From an uncultured Gemmatimonadales bacterium (GTDB lineage: Bacteria; Gemmatimonadota; Gemmatimonadetes; Gemmatimonadales; GWC2-71-9), in assembly GCA_963748815.1 (NCBI GenBank), contig CAVVKJ010000019.1, forward strand, positions 1 through 64,000: a stretch of 64,000 bases of DNA, read 5' to 3'. Made by a program: the position numbers and the translations under genes. The notes beneath the pieces were generated by a model, which made no database searches, was not told the origin of the DNA, and was given only the letters and a program-made list of their open reading frames with translations. Below are positions 52,502 to 61,511 of the stretch, piece after piece. Positions within the stretch are counted from its first letter, which is position 1, and each line of letters opens with the position of its first letter.

Positions 52502-53607
52502 ATGGGTCCGCTGCTGAAGGAAATCCGCCACAACAAGCTGCTCTGGCTGCTGGTGTTCGTGCCGGTGCTGTTCGGCGCCACGCGAGTGCAGGCCCGAGGC
52601 GCACACCATGTTGTTCGTGCTCTCGGTGCTGGCCATCGTGCCGCTGGCGGCGCTCCTGAGCCACGCCACCGAGTCGGTCGCCGCCAAGACCGGCGACGCA
52701 GTCGGCGGCTTGCTGAATGCCACGCTCGGCAACCTCACCGAACTGGTCATCGCGCTGGCCGCGCTCCGCGCCGGCCAGTACGCCCTCGTCAAGGCGTCGA
52801 TCGCCGGGGCCATCGTCACCAACACCCTCTTCATGCTGGGCGGCTCGTTCCTGCTCGGCGGGCTCAAGCACCACGTGCAGGAGTACAACCGCGCCGGCGC
52901 GCGCCTGCAGGCCGGCCTCCTCTTCCTGGCCACGGTCGCGCTGTTCGTCCCCTCGGCGGTCGCCGATGTCGACTCCCCGGCGGGGCGGCCTTCAGCCGGC
53001 AACTCAGCCTCGGGCTGGCGGTGCTGCTCATCGTGACCTACGGCCTCGGGCTGGTCTTCTCGCTCAAGACCCACCGCAAGTTCTTCGGCGAGCGCAAAGA
53101 AGGAGGGGGAGGAGGAGGCGCACGAGGAGACGCTGGCCGATCGGGGTGGCGCTGGCCACGCTGGCCGGCGTCACGGTGCTGGTGGCGCTGGTGAGCGAGG
53201 TCTTCGTCGAGTCGGTCCAGGAGGCGGCGGTGACGTTCGGCATGACCCCGGCCTTCGTCGGGTTCATCATCGTGGCGCTGGTCGGCGGCGCCGCGGAGAT
53301 GGCGTCGGCCTTTTCCGCGGCGCGCAAGGACCGCCTGGACCTGAGCGTCGGCATTGCGATGGGGAGCGCGGCGCAGATCGCGCTGTTCGTGGCCCCGGTG
53401 CTCGTCCTGCTCAGCTACGTGATCGGCCCGACGCCGATGGACCTGCAGTTCTGGCCGGGAGCGGTGGTGATGGTCTTCTTCGCCATGCTGGCCACGACGC
53501 TGGTGACGAACAGCGGCCGGTCGGCGTGGTTCGTCGGCGCCCTGCTGCTGATGGTGTACGCCATCCTGGGGATGACCCTCTACCTCCTGCCACCCCAAGT
53601 GATGTGA
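52502..53607 (+). CDS. chaA: Ca2+/H+ antiporter (CaCA/ChaA) (frameshifted)
   Basis: GGLLNATLGNLTE, SLKTH, VGGAAE, GSAAQIALFVAP across ORFs 52502/52608/52717. Confidence 0.88.
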
Positions 53608-53624
53608 TCGATGAGACTCCCGCC

Positions 53625-54309
53625 ATGACCGACGACACCGCCGCGGCCGCGCCGCGGCGGGCTCAGCGGTCCCGACGTGTCCTCGAACCGATCGAGCGGC
53701 TCTCCGAAATCCTCTTCGGACTCATCATGGTGCTCACCTTCACCGGCGCGCTCAGTGTGGCGGAGGCGGGGCGCGCGGATGTGCGCGAGATGCTCATCGG
53801 GGCGCTGGGGTGCAACCTGGCCTGGGGCATCATCGACGGGGTGTTCTACCTGATGGGAGCCATGGCCGAGCGGGGCCGCAACCTGCGTGCCCTGCGAGGC
53901 GGTGCGAGCGACCGAAGACCCGGAGGAGGCCGAGCGCCTCATCGTGGACGCGCTGCCGCCGACCATCGCGGCGGTGCTGGAGCCTTCCGAGTTCGTCGAC
54001 CTGCATCAGCGGCTCGGCGAACTCCCCGAGCCGCCCACCGCCCGCGTCTGGGCGGGACGACTGGCGTCGGCGCGCTCGGCGTCTGCCTTCTCGTCTTCGT
54101 CTCGACGCTGCCGGTGGTCCTCCCGTTCACTCTTCATGCACGACATCGCGCCGGCCATGCGCGTCTCCGACGGGATCGCGATCATCTTGCTCGCGCTCAC
54201 CGGGGCCGCGTTCTCCCGGATGACCGGCCGGAATCCCTGGTTCGACGGCGTCATCGCGGTGCTGCTCGGCTCGGCGCTGGTGGCGCTCACCATGGCGCTC
54301 GGCGGATGA
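53625..54309 (+). CDS. VIT1/CCC1-like membrane protein (frameshifted)
   Basis: LEPIERLSEILFGLIMVLTFT, ALGCNLAWGIIDG, ALGG* end. Confidence 0.7.
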
Positions 54310-54963
54310 CGGGCCTGAGGAGTCTCGCCCTGATCGGGCTCATCTCTTGTCCTGGTGACAAGGGTCGCCAGGGCGCAGTCGCCTGACACCGCCACCGCCT
54401 CGGCGTCGGACGCCGACGAGCGCACCTGGGCATTCGGCGCGGCGGCATACACCTACTTTCTCCAGGATGACGCCGACTACGTCCAACTGGCCGCGACCGC
54501 GGACCGCGCGGCGCTGCACCTCGAGGCGCGCTACAACTACGAGGAGATCGACGCCGCCTCGATGTGGGTCGGCTACAACCTGAGCGCGGAAGGGACGCTG
54601 ACGCTGGAGTTCACGCCGATTCTCGGCGGTGTCTTTGGCAGCATGACCGGGGTCGGACTCGGATACGAAGGGTCGCTGAGCTGGAAGAGCCTGGAGCTGT
54701 ACAGCGAAGGGGAGTGGATCTTCGATACCGAGGACTCTTCGAACAATTTCTTCTACAACTGGTCGCAGCTGATCTATTCGCCGGCCGACTGGGTCAACTT
54801 CGGGCTGGTCACCCAGCGGACCAGGCTGGTGGACACCGACCGCGAGATCAACCGCGGTCCCTTCCTGGGTTTCAGCTACCGGTCCCTCAGCCTGACTGCC
54901 TTCGCGGTCAACGTGGGGGCAGACGACGCGTACCTCATTCTCGGGCTGGAGGTTGGGTTCTAG
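54306..54963 (+). CDS. Putative outer-membrane beta-barrel (frameshift in signal region)
   Basis: HLEARYNYE, aromatic amphipathic strands, terminal Phe. Confidence 0.65.
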
Positions 54964-54980
54964 GCCGGAAGAGAGGACGA

Positions 54981-55192
54981 GGGAAGCGCGGAAGGGTGTC
55001 GGAAGCTCGGAAACAACGAAAAATGCTCAAAAGCGTCAATTTCTTGAAGGATATTCTGTGTTTTCTTCGATCTTCAATCAAATATCTGGGTTTTGCCGCA
55101 TTTTCTGCGGCTTTCCGGGCTATCGGCGTGAAGGGATCACCGCCTTGGACCGGGGACGCGGGAGGCGCGGAAGGCTGTCGGAAGCTCGGAAA
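54981..55192 (+). repeat. 33-bp direct repeat pair around an AT-rich spacer
   Basis: GGGARGCGCGGAAGGSTGTCGGAAGCTCGGAAA at 54981-55013 and 55160-55192, two mismatches. Confidence 0.8.
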
Positions 55193-55272
55193 GGTGGAAT
55201 ATAGACGAATTATCGCAATATTGGGTCAATAATCGATTGAAACAGGTCCATTTGTACCATTCTACTGTTGTT

Positions 55273-55300
55273 TTCGCGCCTTCGCGTCTTCGCGTGAGCC
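55273..55300 (-). repeat. (CGCGAAGN)3 element
   Basis: TTCGCGCCTTCGCGTCTTCGCGTGAGCC; 55273-55298 is the exact inverse of 58371-58396. Confidence 0.9.
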
Positions 55301-55327
55301 CCGTCCGAACCCCGCCCGGGAGGCCCC

Positions 55328-55680
55328 ATGTGGCTGATCACCACCACCGGTTTCTACAGCGTCGTCCAGAAACCGTGGGATCAGGCCGCCGACACCCTCA
55401 CGGTTCGCGCCCGCGCCAAGGCTGACCTCGACGCACTCCGCGAGGCCGGGCTCCCGGAGCTGGGGGAGATCATGGAGGATCCCGGGCGCCGACTACCGGT
55501 TCCGGGCCCAGGCGCCGAGGGCGGCAGTGACCCGTGCGGTGCGAGGCGCAGGTCGAGGCGATCGACTACGACAACTTCAAGTCGGCGGTGGCCAGGCGGC
55601 AGGGATCGGCGCGCGCCCACCTGTATCATGGCGTGTGGGATGCGCTGTATCGGATTCAGTCCGGGACTGAAGGGGCCTAG
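55328..55680 (+). CDS. Conserved hypothetical protein (frameshifted; end uncertain)
   Basis: MWLITTTGFYSVVQK...VRAR...DYRFRA...IDYDNFK...YHGVW pieced over frames; GGAGG RBS. Confidence 0.65.
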
Positions 55681-55798
55681 GCTTCCCGCGCCCATTGGGC
55701 TCCTCGCCAGACAAAAACACTCAAGAACGAGCAGTTTTTCTCCAGAACTCCTCAGTTTCTTCCTGTTTTCTGCGAATTCCAGCACAATACGGTGTCTT

Positions 55799-55827
55799 TT
55801 CGCGCCTTCGCGCCTTCGCGTGAGCCC
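55799..55827 (-). repeat. (CGCGAAGN)3 element
   Basis: TTCGCGCCTTCGCGCCTTCGCGTGAGCCC. Confidence 0.9.
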
Positions 55828-55883
55828 TTGGGGAGTATCGAAGTGGCTTGCGCCGTTGCTGGTATTATCAGATATTATTCCGT

Positions 55884-56288
55884 ATGCCAAAGCGACCTCC
55901 CATTGCCCGGATCTCCATCACCATCCCCGCTGACACCCTGCGGCTGGCGGATGAGCTTGCCGCTCGGCTCGATCGGCCGCGCAGCTGGGTGATGGGGGAG
56001 GCGGTGCGGCGGTGGGACACGAGTTCCCCCGCGACCGGTGCCACAAGCACCGTGCGCGAGGCCGCGGCCCTTCACTACACTGCGCATCGGCCCGGGCTGG
56101 GGGAGAGTCGTCTGGCTCAACTCCAATCCGACATGGAGTTGAGCGTGGATGAGCGGGTCCTGGCGGCAGAGGAAGGCGCAAAGCTCGATCGCGTGATCCA
56201 TCCGTCGAGTCCCGGCTCACAACTCAGATTCTTCGATCGATACGAGGACTATCTCGCGTGGAAGAAGTATCAAGGGATCGCCCGATGA
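55884..56288 (+). CDS. CopG/RHH DNA-binding protein, putative antitoxin
   Basis: RISITIP...ADELAARLDRPRSWVMGEAVR; C-terminal LSVDERV...FDRYEDY. Confidence 0.75.
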   Translation: MPKRPPIARISITIPADTLRLADELAARLDRPRSWVMGEAVRRWDTSSPATGATSTVREAAALHYTAHRPGLGESRLAQLQSDMELSVDERVLAAEEGAKLDRVIHPSSPGSQLRFFDRYEDYLAWKKYQGIAR

Positions 56289-56752
56289 CCACGTACCAGA
56301 CCCAGCTCGCGCAGGTCTGCGCGCTCCTGAATGAGTCCGGAGCGCAGTATGTCCTGGTAGGCGCCCGCGCCCTTCAGCTCTATGGCAGCAGCCGCGCCAC
56401 GCGTGATATCGACATCCTCATTGAGCCCACCATCGACAACGCCAGACGGGTGCTCTCGGCGCTCTCACAGATCGGATTCGGCGTGGCCAGCGATTGGCTT
56501 GCAGAGGAGGTCGTCGCCAAGCAGGTCACCATCATTGGTGACACGCCAAGGGTGGATATCCTGACGGTGGCGTGGAGCGTTCGCTATCGCGATGCCCGAC
56601 CCGCGGCGACGATCTTCACCCTGGAATCGGTGGAGATCCCGACGATCTCGATCGAGCACCTCATTGCCTCCAAACGCACCGGCCGCCTGCAGGACGCGGC
56701 CGACATCGAAGTCCTCGAGGAGATTCAGCGACTTCGCGGCGAGGGCATATGA
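56285..56752 (+). CDS. Nucleotidyltransferase (DUF6036/AbiEii-like, Pol-beta fold)
   Basis: YVLVGARAL...RATRDIDILI...VDI...LIASKRTGRLQDAADIE; ATGA-coupled. Confidence 0.85.
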   Translation: MTTYQTQLAQVCALLNESGAQYVLVGARALQLYGSSRATRDIDILIEPTIDNARRVLSALSQIGFGVASDWLAEEVVAKQVTIIGDTPRVDILTVAWSVRYRDARPAATIFTLESVEIPTISIEHLIASKRTGRLQDAADIEVLEEIQRLRGEGI

Positions 56753-57255
56753 CCGTCATCATCCGCGCCCTCCTCGCCGACATCACTACCCTCGACGTGG
56801 ACGCCATCGTCAACGCCGCCAACGACCAGTTGGCCCCCGGCGGCGGCGTCTGCGGTGCGATCCATCGCGCCGCCGGCCCCGAGCTCGCCGAGGCATGCGC
56901 CCCTCTCCGCCCCTGCCCTGCCGGCGAAGCGCGCGTCACCCCCGGCTTCAACCTCCCCGCCCGTCTCGTGATCCACGCCGTCGGTCCCCGCTGGCTCGGC
57001 GGCGACCAGGGAGAGCCGGAGCAGCTGGCCGGCGCCTATCGCTCGGCGTTCCGCCTGGCGCAGGAGAGCATGGTCAAGACCCTCGCGTTCCCCGCCATCA
57101 GCACCGGCATCTTCGGGTATCCGCTGCACCCGGCCACGGCCATTGCCGTGCGGGTGACGCGGGAGGTGGCGCCGGCGTCGGGGGTGGAGGAAGTCATCTT
57201 CGTCTGCTTCAGCGAGGAAGTGCTGGGGGCGTATCGGAAGGAAGGAGTGGAATGA
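56749..57255 (+). CDS. Macrodomain protein (YmdB-like ADP-ribose deacetylase/hydrolase)
   Basis: DIT, DAIVNAAN, GGGVCGAIHRAAG, VIHAVGP, FPAISTGIFGYP; ATGA-coupled. Confidence 0.95.
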   Translation: MTVIIRALLADITTLDVDAIVNAANDQLAPGGGVCGAIHRAAGPELAEACAPLRPCPAGEARVTPGFNLPARLVIHAVGPRWLGGDQGEPEQLAGAYRSAFRLAQESMVKTLAFPAISTGIFGYPLHPATAIAVRVTREVAPASGVEEVIFVCFSEEVLGAYRKEGVE

Positions 57256-57314
57256 TCCCTCGCGCGTGATTCCGGTTGTGACCTTTCGCTGATGGGTACC
57301 AAGACTATAGGGGC

Positions 57315-57757
57315 TCACGCGAAGGCGCGAAGACGCGAAGGAGACAGCGGTATGAACGCAGAGGAGGTCTCCTCGGCTATTGTGGATACTGCATTTCACC
57401 TGCACAGAGGGATAGGACCGGGGCTCCTGGAGTCGGTCTACGAATCACTCCTGTCGAGTCTGCTGGAACGTCGGGACCTGAAGGTAGAACGACAAGTACT
57501 CGTCGAGTTCGATTTCGACGGGGTTCACTTCTCGGAGGGATTACGGCTGGACTTGTTGGTGGAAGGCTTGGTGGTGGTTGAACTCAAGTCGGTGGAGCGA
57601 TTGGCGCCGGTCCACCCGAAACAACTTCTGACATACCTCCGACTATTGCATCTCCCGCTCGGCCTCCTCATCAACTTCGGCGCACCCACCTTCAAGGAAG
57701 GCGTCAAGCGAGTCGTCAACCATCACACCAACTTCGCGTCTTCGCGCCTTCGCGTGA
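57315..57757. mobile_element. Putative inverted-repeat-bounded GxxExxY element
   Basis: Perfect 26-bp IR TCACGCGAAGGCGCGAAGACGCGAAG (57315-57340) and its inverse (57732-57757); mobility is inferred only. Confidence 0.5.
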
Positions 57758-57774
57758 ACCAACGGTCCGACTAA
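57352..57774 (+). CDS. GxxExxY protein (PD-(D/E)XK-like nuclease family)
   Basis: GPGLLESVY, RLDLLVE, VVELKSVE, QLLTYL, GLLINFG. Confidence 0.93.
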   Translation: MNAEEVSSAIVDTAFHLHRGIGPGLLESVYESLLSSLLERRDLKVERQVLVEFDFDGVHFSEGLRLDLLVEGLVVVELKSVERLAPVHPKQLLTYLRLLHLPLGLLINFGAPTFKEGVKRVVNHHTNFASSRLRVNQRSD

Positions 57775-58364
57775 AGAACCCCGGCAATCGCGTAGGCGAT
57801 CTTCTCCGCCCCCTGCGAGGACGGTTCGATCTCCAGCACGAAGTCCTCCTCCTCCGTGCACACTCGCCGCAATTCCAGCACCTCCAGCCCCAATTCCTCG
57901 CCGACCCACCGGATCCGATCGTTGATCAGCCCGAGGGGGACGCGGGCAAGCCGGCCCGCCATCGGCGGCTGCAGCGGCACCTCGTAGATGGTGCAGAGCA
58001 CCGTCCTTTCCGTGCGCTCCATGACCGACCGCGCCGCCACCTCGTACTGCAGGTGGAACCCGTCGGCGATGGCCAGCAGTTCCGCCAGGACCTCGGCCGC
58101 CGAGGTGGCGGGCCGCTCGATGATCTCGATGTAGGGCACCAGGTCGTTCCCGCCGATGCTCAGCACCGCGACATCCGGCCGATAGTCCAGCGCCTCGAGC
58201 TGACGCGGCAGGCCGCGCATGGTGGCGCCGTCCTGCGCCAGCCGCTTCACCGACCAGGTCGGGGCCAGCAGCGGCTCCAGGTGCGCGGTCGTGTCCGGCT
58301 CCGGGTGGGTGTAAGGGGCGTTGTCGAGGATCGAATCGCCGAGGAGGAGGAGGGTCTGGGTCAT
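57771..58364 (-). CDS. SGNH/GDSL hydrolase
   Basis: LLGDSILDN, LAQDGA, SIGGND, IEPS. Confidence 0.85.
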   Translation of the reverse strand: MTQTLLLLGDSILDNAPYTHPEPDTTAHLEPLLAPTWSVKRLAQDGATMRGLPRQLEALDYRPDVAVLSIGGNDLVPYIEIIERPATSAAEVLAELLAIADGFHLQYEVAARSVMERTERTVLCTIYEVPLQPPMAGRLARVPLGLINDRIRWVGEELGLEVLELRRVCTEEEDFVLEIEPSSQGAEKIAYAIAGVL

Positions 58365-58370
58365 TGATAT

Positions 58371-58405
58371 CTCACGCGAAGACGCGAAGGCGCGAAGGCG
58401 CGAAG
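58371..58405 (+). repeat. (CGCGAAGN)4 element
   Basis: CTCACGCGAAGACGCGAAGGCGCGAAGGCGCGAAG. Confidence 0.9.
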
Positions 58406-58499
58406 CTGGGTCGGACAAGTATGTCACACCCCTCTGACATCTTGGCCTTTCACGTTAGTTGGTCTGACCGGAGCATTGACCAGGAGGAGAGGGAACCCG

Positions 58500-58865
58500 A
58501 TGCCTGACTGGAAACCGAGCCCGATTGCCGGGAAGTTCTACACCGTAGAGGACCTCATGAACCTGCCGCCGGCAGGATGCGTCAATCCCGCGAAGTCCCG
58601 GGAGGTGAGCCGGAACCTGCCGGTGCGGTTCTGGATGGAGACGGCCGAGCTGGTGGCCATTCTCGAGGCCAACATCGAGCTGATCAGGCTCAACCAGGAG
58701 CGGGCCAGCGCAGATGACGCCCGCCAGGCCGAGGTGCTGATTGCGCAGCGACGGCTCTGGGTCCGCCACCTGCTGGAGGCAGACGAGGAAGAGACCTTCA
58801 TCGGCATCTTTCCCGCGTCGTTCGCCGGCGACGAATACGATCAGGAGGAGGCCATCACCGGCTAG
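58500..58865 (+). CDS. Hypothetical protein
   Basis: AGGAGGAG RBS, coiled central segment, acidic tail. Confidence 0.6.
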   Translation: MPDWKPSPIAGKFYTVEDLMNLPPAGCVNPAKSREVSRNLPVRFWMETAELVAILEANIELIRLNQERASADDARQAEVLIAQRRLWVRHLLEADEEETFIGIFPASFAGDEYDQEEAITG

Positions 58866-58870
58866 TTCCT

Positions 58871-58968
58871 CTTCGCGACTTCGCGTGAGCCGAATCAGTT
58901 CACACGAAGTCGCGATCTTTCACCTCACCCCCTGTCCCCCTCTCCATGATATGGAGAGGGGGAACGCC
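58871..58968 (-). repeat. (CGCGAAGN) elements plus PLS hairpin
   Basis: 58871-58889 is the exact inverse of 46035-46053; 58921-58968 is the exact inverse of 39671-39718. Confidence 0.9.
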
Positions 58969-58976
58969 GAGCGAAG

Positions 58977-60233
58977 CTACGGCATCCGCATCTTCCTGCC
59001 GAGGAGGTCTTTCGCTTCCCGGATGTTGTAGGACTCGAAACGCTCGCGCTTGAGCGAGTACTGGTCGAACCGCTCCCGGTGCCTGTGGGCCAGCTGTTCC
59101 AACTCGCGCACCAGGCGCCGCATTTCGGGGTCATGTCCGGCGTACTCCTTGATCCGACGGGCGGTGGCCAGCAGTACGCTGCGCGCCTTCTCCAGTTCGC
59201 CGATCCGGTTCAGCTCGGCCGCTTCCTCGCGGGCCTGGGCGGCGTAGCGCTGGGCCACGGCGAGGTCCACCGACTGGTCGCGCACCTGGGCGTCGTTGGC
59301 GGGGTGGTCGGCGTACTCCCACTCGATCCGCTCGGGGCGGACCTGCAGTACACCGTCACGATCGGCCAGGGAGACACTGATACCGGAGCTGGCGCCCATG
59401 GCACCGCGGGGGAACGTCACGCGGAGTACCGCGTCCACCTGCTGGCGGCTGACGAGGTCGTCGAGCGCGACTTCCACGGTGCGGCCGTTTCGGGTGACGC
59501 GGCGACCGTCGAGCGAGTGAATGATCAGGCCGGGGTCGGCTTCGACGACGACGCTGGCGTCCCGTGACACGACCTCGAGCGCCTCGCCCAGTTCGCTCAT
59601 CAGGAAATCGGCAATCTGTTCCGGACGCTCGAGGTAGTAGAAGTTCCCGCCGCCGGCCCGGGCCATGCCCTCCATGAGCCGCTCGTCGAAATCGCGCCCG
59701 ATGCCGAAGGTGCTGGTGGCGACGCCGCGGGCGCGGAGTTCGCCGGCATGCGTTTGGAGCGCACCCACGTCGGTGATGCCGGCGTTCGCCAGGCCGTCAC
59801 TCAGCAGCAGCGTGCGGGCGACGGTGTTCGCGCGCTCGGCGCGAGCCACCTCTTCGCAGCCCGTCAGCCAGCCGCCGGAGAGGTTGGTGGAGCTGCCGGA
59901 ATCGAGATGGTCGATTGCCGAGAGGAGGCGGCGCTTGTGGTCGTGATCGAGGAGCGCGCCGCCGGCCAGGAGCTCCACCTCGGTGTCGTAGGCCACCAGG
60001 GCCACGTGGTCGCGGGGGCCGAGAAGTTCGACCGCGCGGCGGGCAGCCAACTTCGCCAGTTCCAGCTTGTCGCCGTCCATCGAGCCCGACTTGTCGATGA
60101 CGAGTGCGACGTCGAGCGGCAAACGTTCGCGCTGACGCGGGGCCTCGGGGGCGGTGAAGCGGATGCGGACATAGCGGGTGCTGTGGACGCCGGCGCGGAC
60201 CAGCCTCCGGTCGGTATGGATGTGCAGTGTCAT
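58977..60233 (-). CDS. vWA domain protein (YfbK/CLCA-like)
   Basis: LVIDKSGSM MIDAS, STNLSGG, LLSDGLAN, FGIG, GGGNFYY. Confidence 0.92.
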   Translation of the reverse strand: MTLHIHTDRRLVRAGVHSTRYVRIRFTAPEAPRQRERLPLDVALVIDKSGSMDGDKLELAKLAARRAVELLGPRDHVALVAYDTEVELLAGGALLDHDHKRRLLSAIDHLDSGSSTNLSGGWLTGCEEVARAERANTVARTLLLSDGLANAGITDVGALQTHAGELRARGVATSTFGIGRDFDERLMEGMARAGGGNFYYLERPEQIADFLMSELGEALEVVSRDASVVVEADPGLIIHSLDGRRVTRNGRTVEVALDDLVSRQQVDAVLRVTFPRGAMGASSGISVSLADRDGVLQVRPERIEWEYADHPANDAQVRDQSVDLAVAQRYAAQAREEAAELNRIGELEKARSVLLATARRIKEYAGHDPEMRRLVRELEQLAHRHRERFDQYSLKRERFESYNIREAKDLLGRKMRMP

Positions 60234-60760
60234 AGACCCTCCCCAGTATTGATGAGCCGATCGGCGAGTTCGACCAGCCGACTCACCAACTTCGTCTCGT
60301 GGTGTGACAACGGGCTTCGAACGTGCATCTCGATGTTGGGGGTGAGGGATATCCGCTCCCAGGAGTCGCGGGAGCGTTGGGAAGGGGTGGCGACCGTCCG
60401 CTGCGGGGTCCGTTCCGCGCGGAAGAAGGGGGTTTCGCGTTCGGCGCCCATCCGGATGGAGCGGGCGTAGTCGGCGGCGGATTTGCGGCGCTGCTGAACC
60501 TCGGCGAGGGTCCTGGCCACCTCGGCGTCGTCCATCGGGGCCAGCCGGTCCTGGATCTCGGCCAAGGTCAGGCGCTCCTTTTGGAGGGCCCGGATGAGCT
60601 CGAGGCGCTGGACATCGGAGTCGCCGTAGAGGACCTTGACCCCGCGGAGGCCGGGGGAGTCCATCAGCCCTTCGTTCTGGTAAAACCTTATGGTACGGAC
60701 ACTTAGACCGGTGGCGGCGGCGAGATCCTGGATGGAGAGGTCGTCGGAGTTGAGGAGCAT
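60230..60760 (-). CDS. MerR-type HTH regulator with C-terminal WxRxxL domain
   Basis: SIQDLAAATGLSVRTIRFYQNEGL...LTLAEI; WERISLTPNIEMHVR; ATGA-coupled to vWA. Confidence 0.88.
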   Translation of the reverse strand: MLLNSDDLSIQDLAAATGLSVRTIRFYQNEGLMDSPGLRGVKVLYGDSDVQRLELIRALQKERLTLAEIQDRLAPMDDAEVARTLAEVQQRRKSAADYARSIRMGAERETPFFRAERTPQRTVATPSQRSRDSWERISLTPNIEMHVRSPLSHHETKLVSRLVELADRLINTGEGL

Positions 60761-60767
60761 GGCAGTA

Positions 60768-60796
60768 AATGTACAGTTTGACTGTTATACTGTCAA
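60768..60796 (-). promoter_or_regulatory. Sigma70-type promoter with overlapping palindromic operator
   Basis: TTGACA-17 bp-TACATT-7 bp-ATG; TTGACAGT-ATA-ACAGTCAA palindrome at 60778-60796. Confidence 0.8.
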
Positions 60797-60915
60797 TACC
60801 CATGGTCCCTGGAGTTGATGTCTCCGGCCGCTCGTCCAAGCCACTTGTGTTCCGTCCTTTCCGTGACAGACTTTGAAACGCTGATCATCCCACCACCAAG
60901 AGCGAGAGGGAAGCG

Positions 60916-61511
60916 ATGGAACAGAACCCAATCCATTTCGAGCCCTGGAAGGCGAGTTGTTCAAGAGTGGCGAAGGCCAGCTCGGCTCCAAACGGCTCCT
61001 AGTCCTCGGCGAGGCGCATTACTCCGACCATCCTGAGGATGAGACCCCGGAGCTCACGTGCAACCTGCTTCAGACCATCACTGATGGGACCAGGTCGATC
61101 GCGTATTTCACAAAGCTCGAGCACCTGCTCGCCGGTTGCCAGAACGGTGACGGAAGACGCCGTGTCGGGCTTCAATGGGGTTCTACACTTTGACAGGGAC
61201 TCGTCGCGAAGGCGCGAAGACGCGAAGACGCGAAGAGGGGGCTCACACGAAGGCGCATTTGCGGTGTGCTGGCAGAATTGAAACCTCAACGAGTCCTCGT
61301 CACCGGCGTCGAACTCTGGAACGCACTGAGCCATGGACTCTTTCCGGGCTGGACGTCCAGATCAATGACGCCGGGATTCGACGGCCCGATTTACGAATGG
61401 AGTTCGGTGGACCACCAGCCACAGGTCTGCGCCACCTGGATCAGCCACCCATCCTCCGGCTCATCCGCCTACGAGAAGTGGACCGAGCGGATTGACACGC
61501 TCATGGAGTAG
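60916..61511 (+). pseudogene. UDG-superfamily-like protein, frameshifted, with an internal repeat
   Basis: FEPWK..., RLLVLGEAHY, VLAELKPQRVLVTG, HPSS; (CGCGAAGN)4 at about 61205-61236. May be intact and mis-sequenced. Confidence 0.55.

Noticed and set aside
55273..61256. Classical integron or IS element
   Set aside because: No IntI, attC R-box pattern, transposase or target-site duplication is visible.
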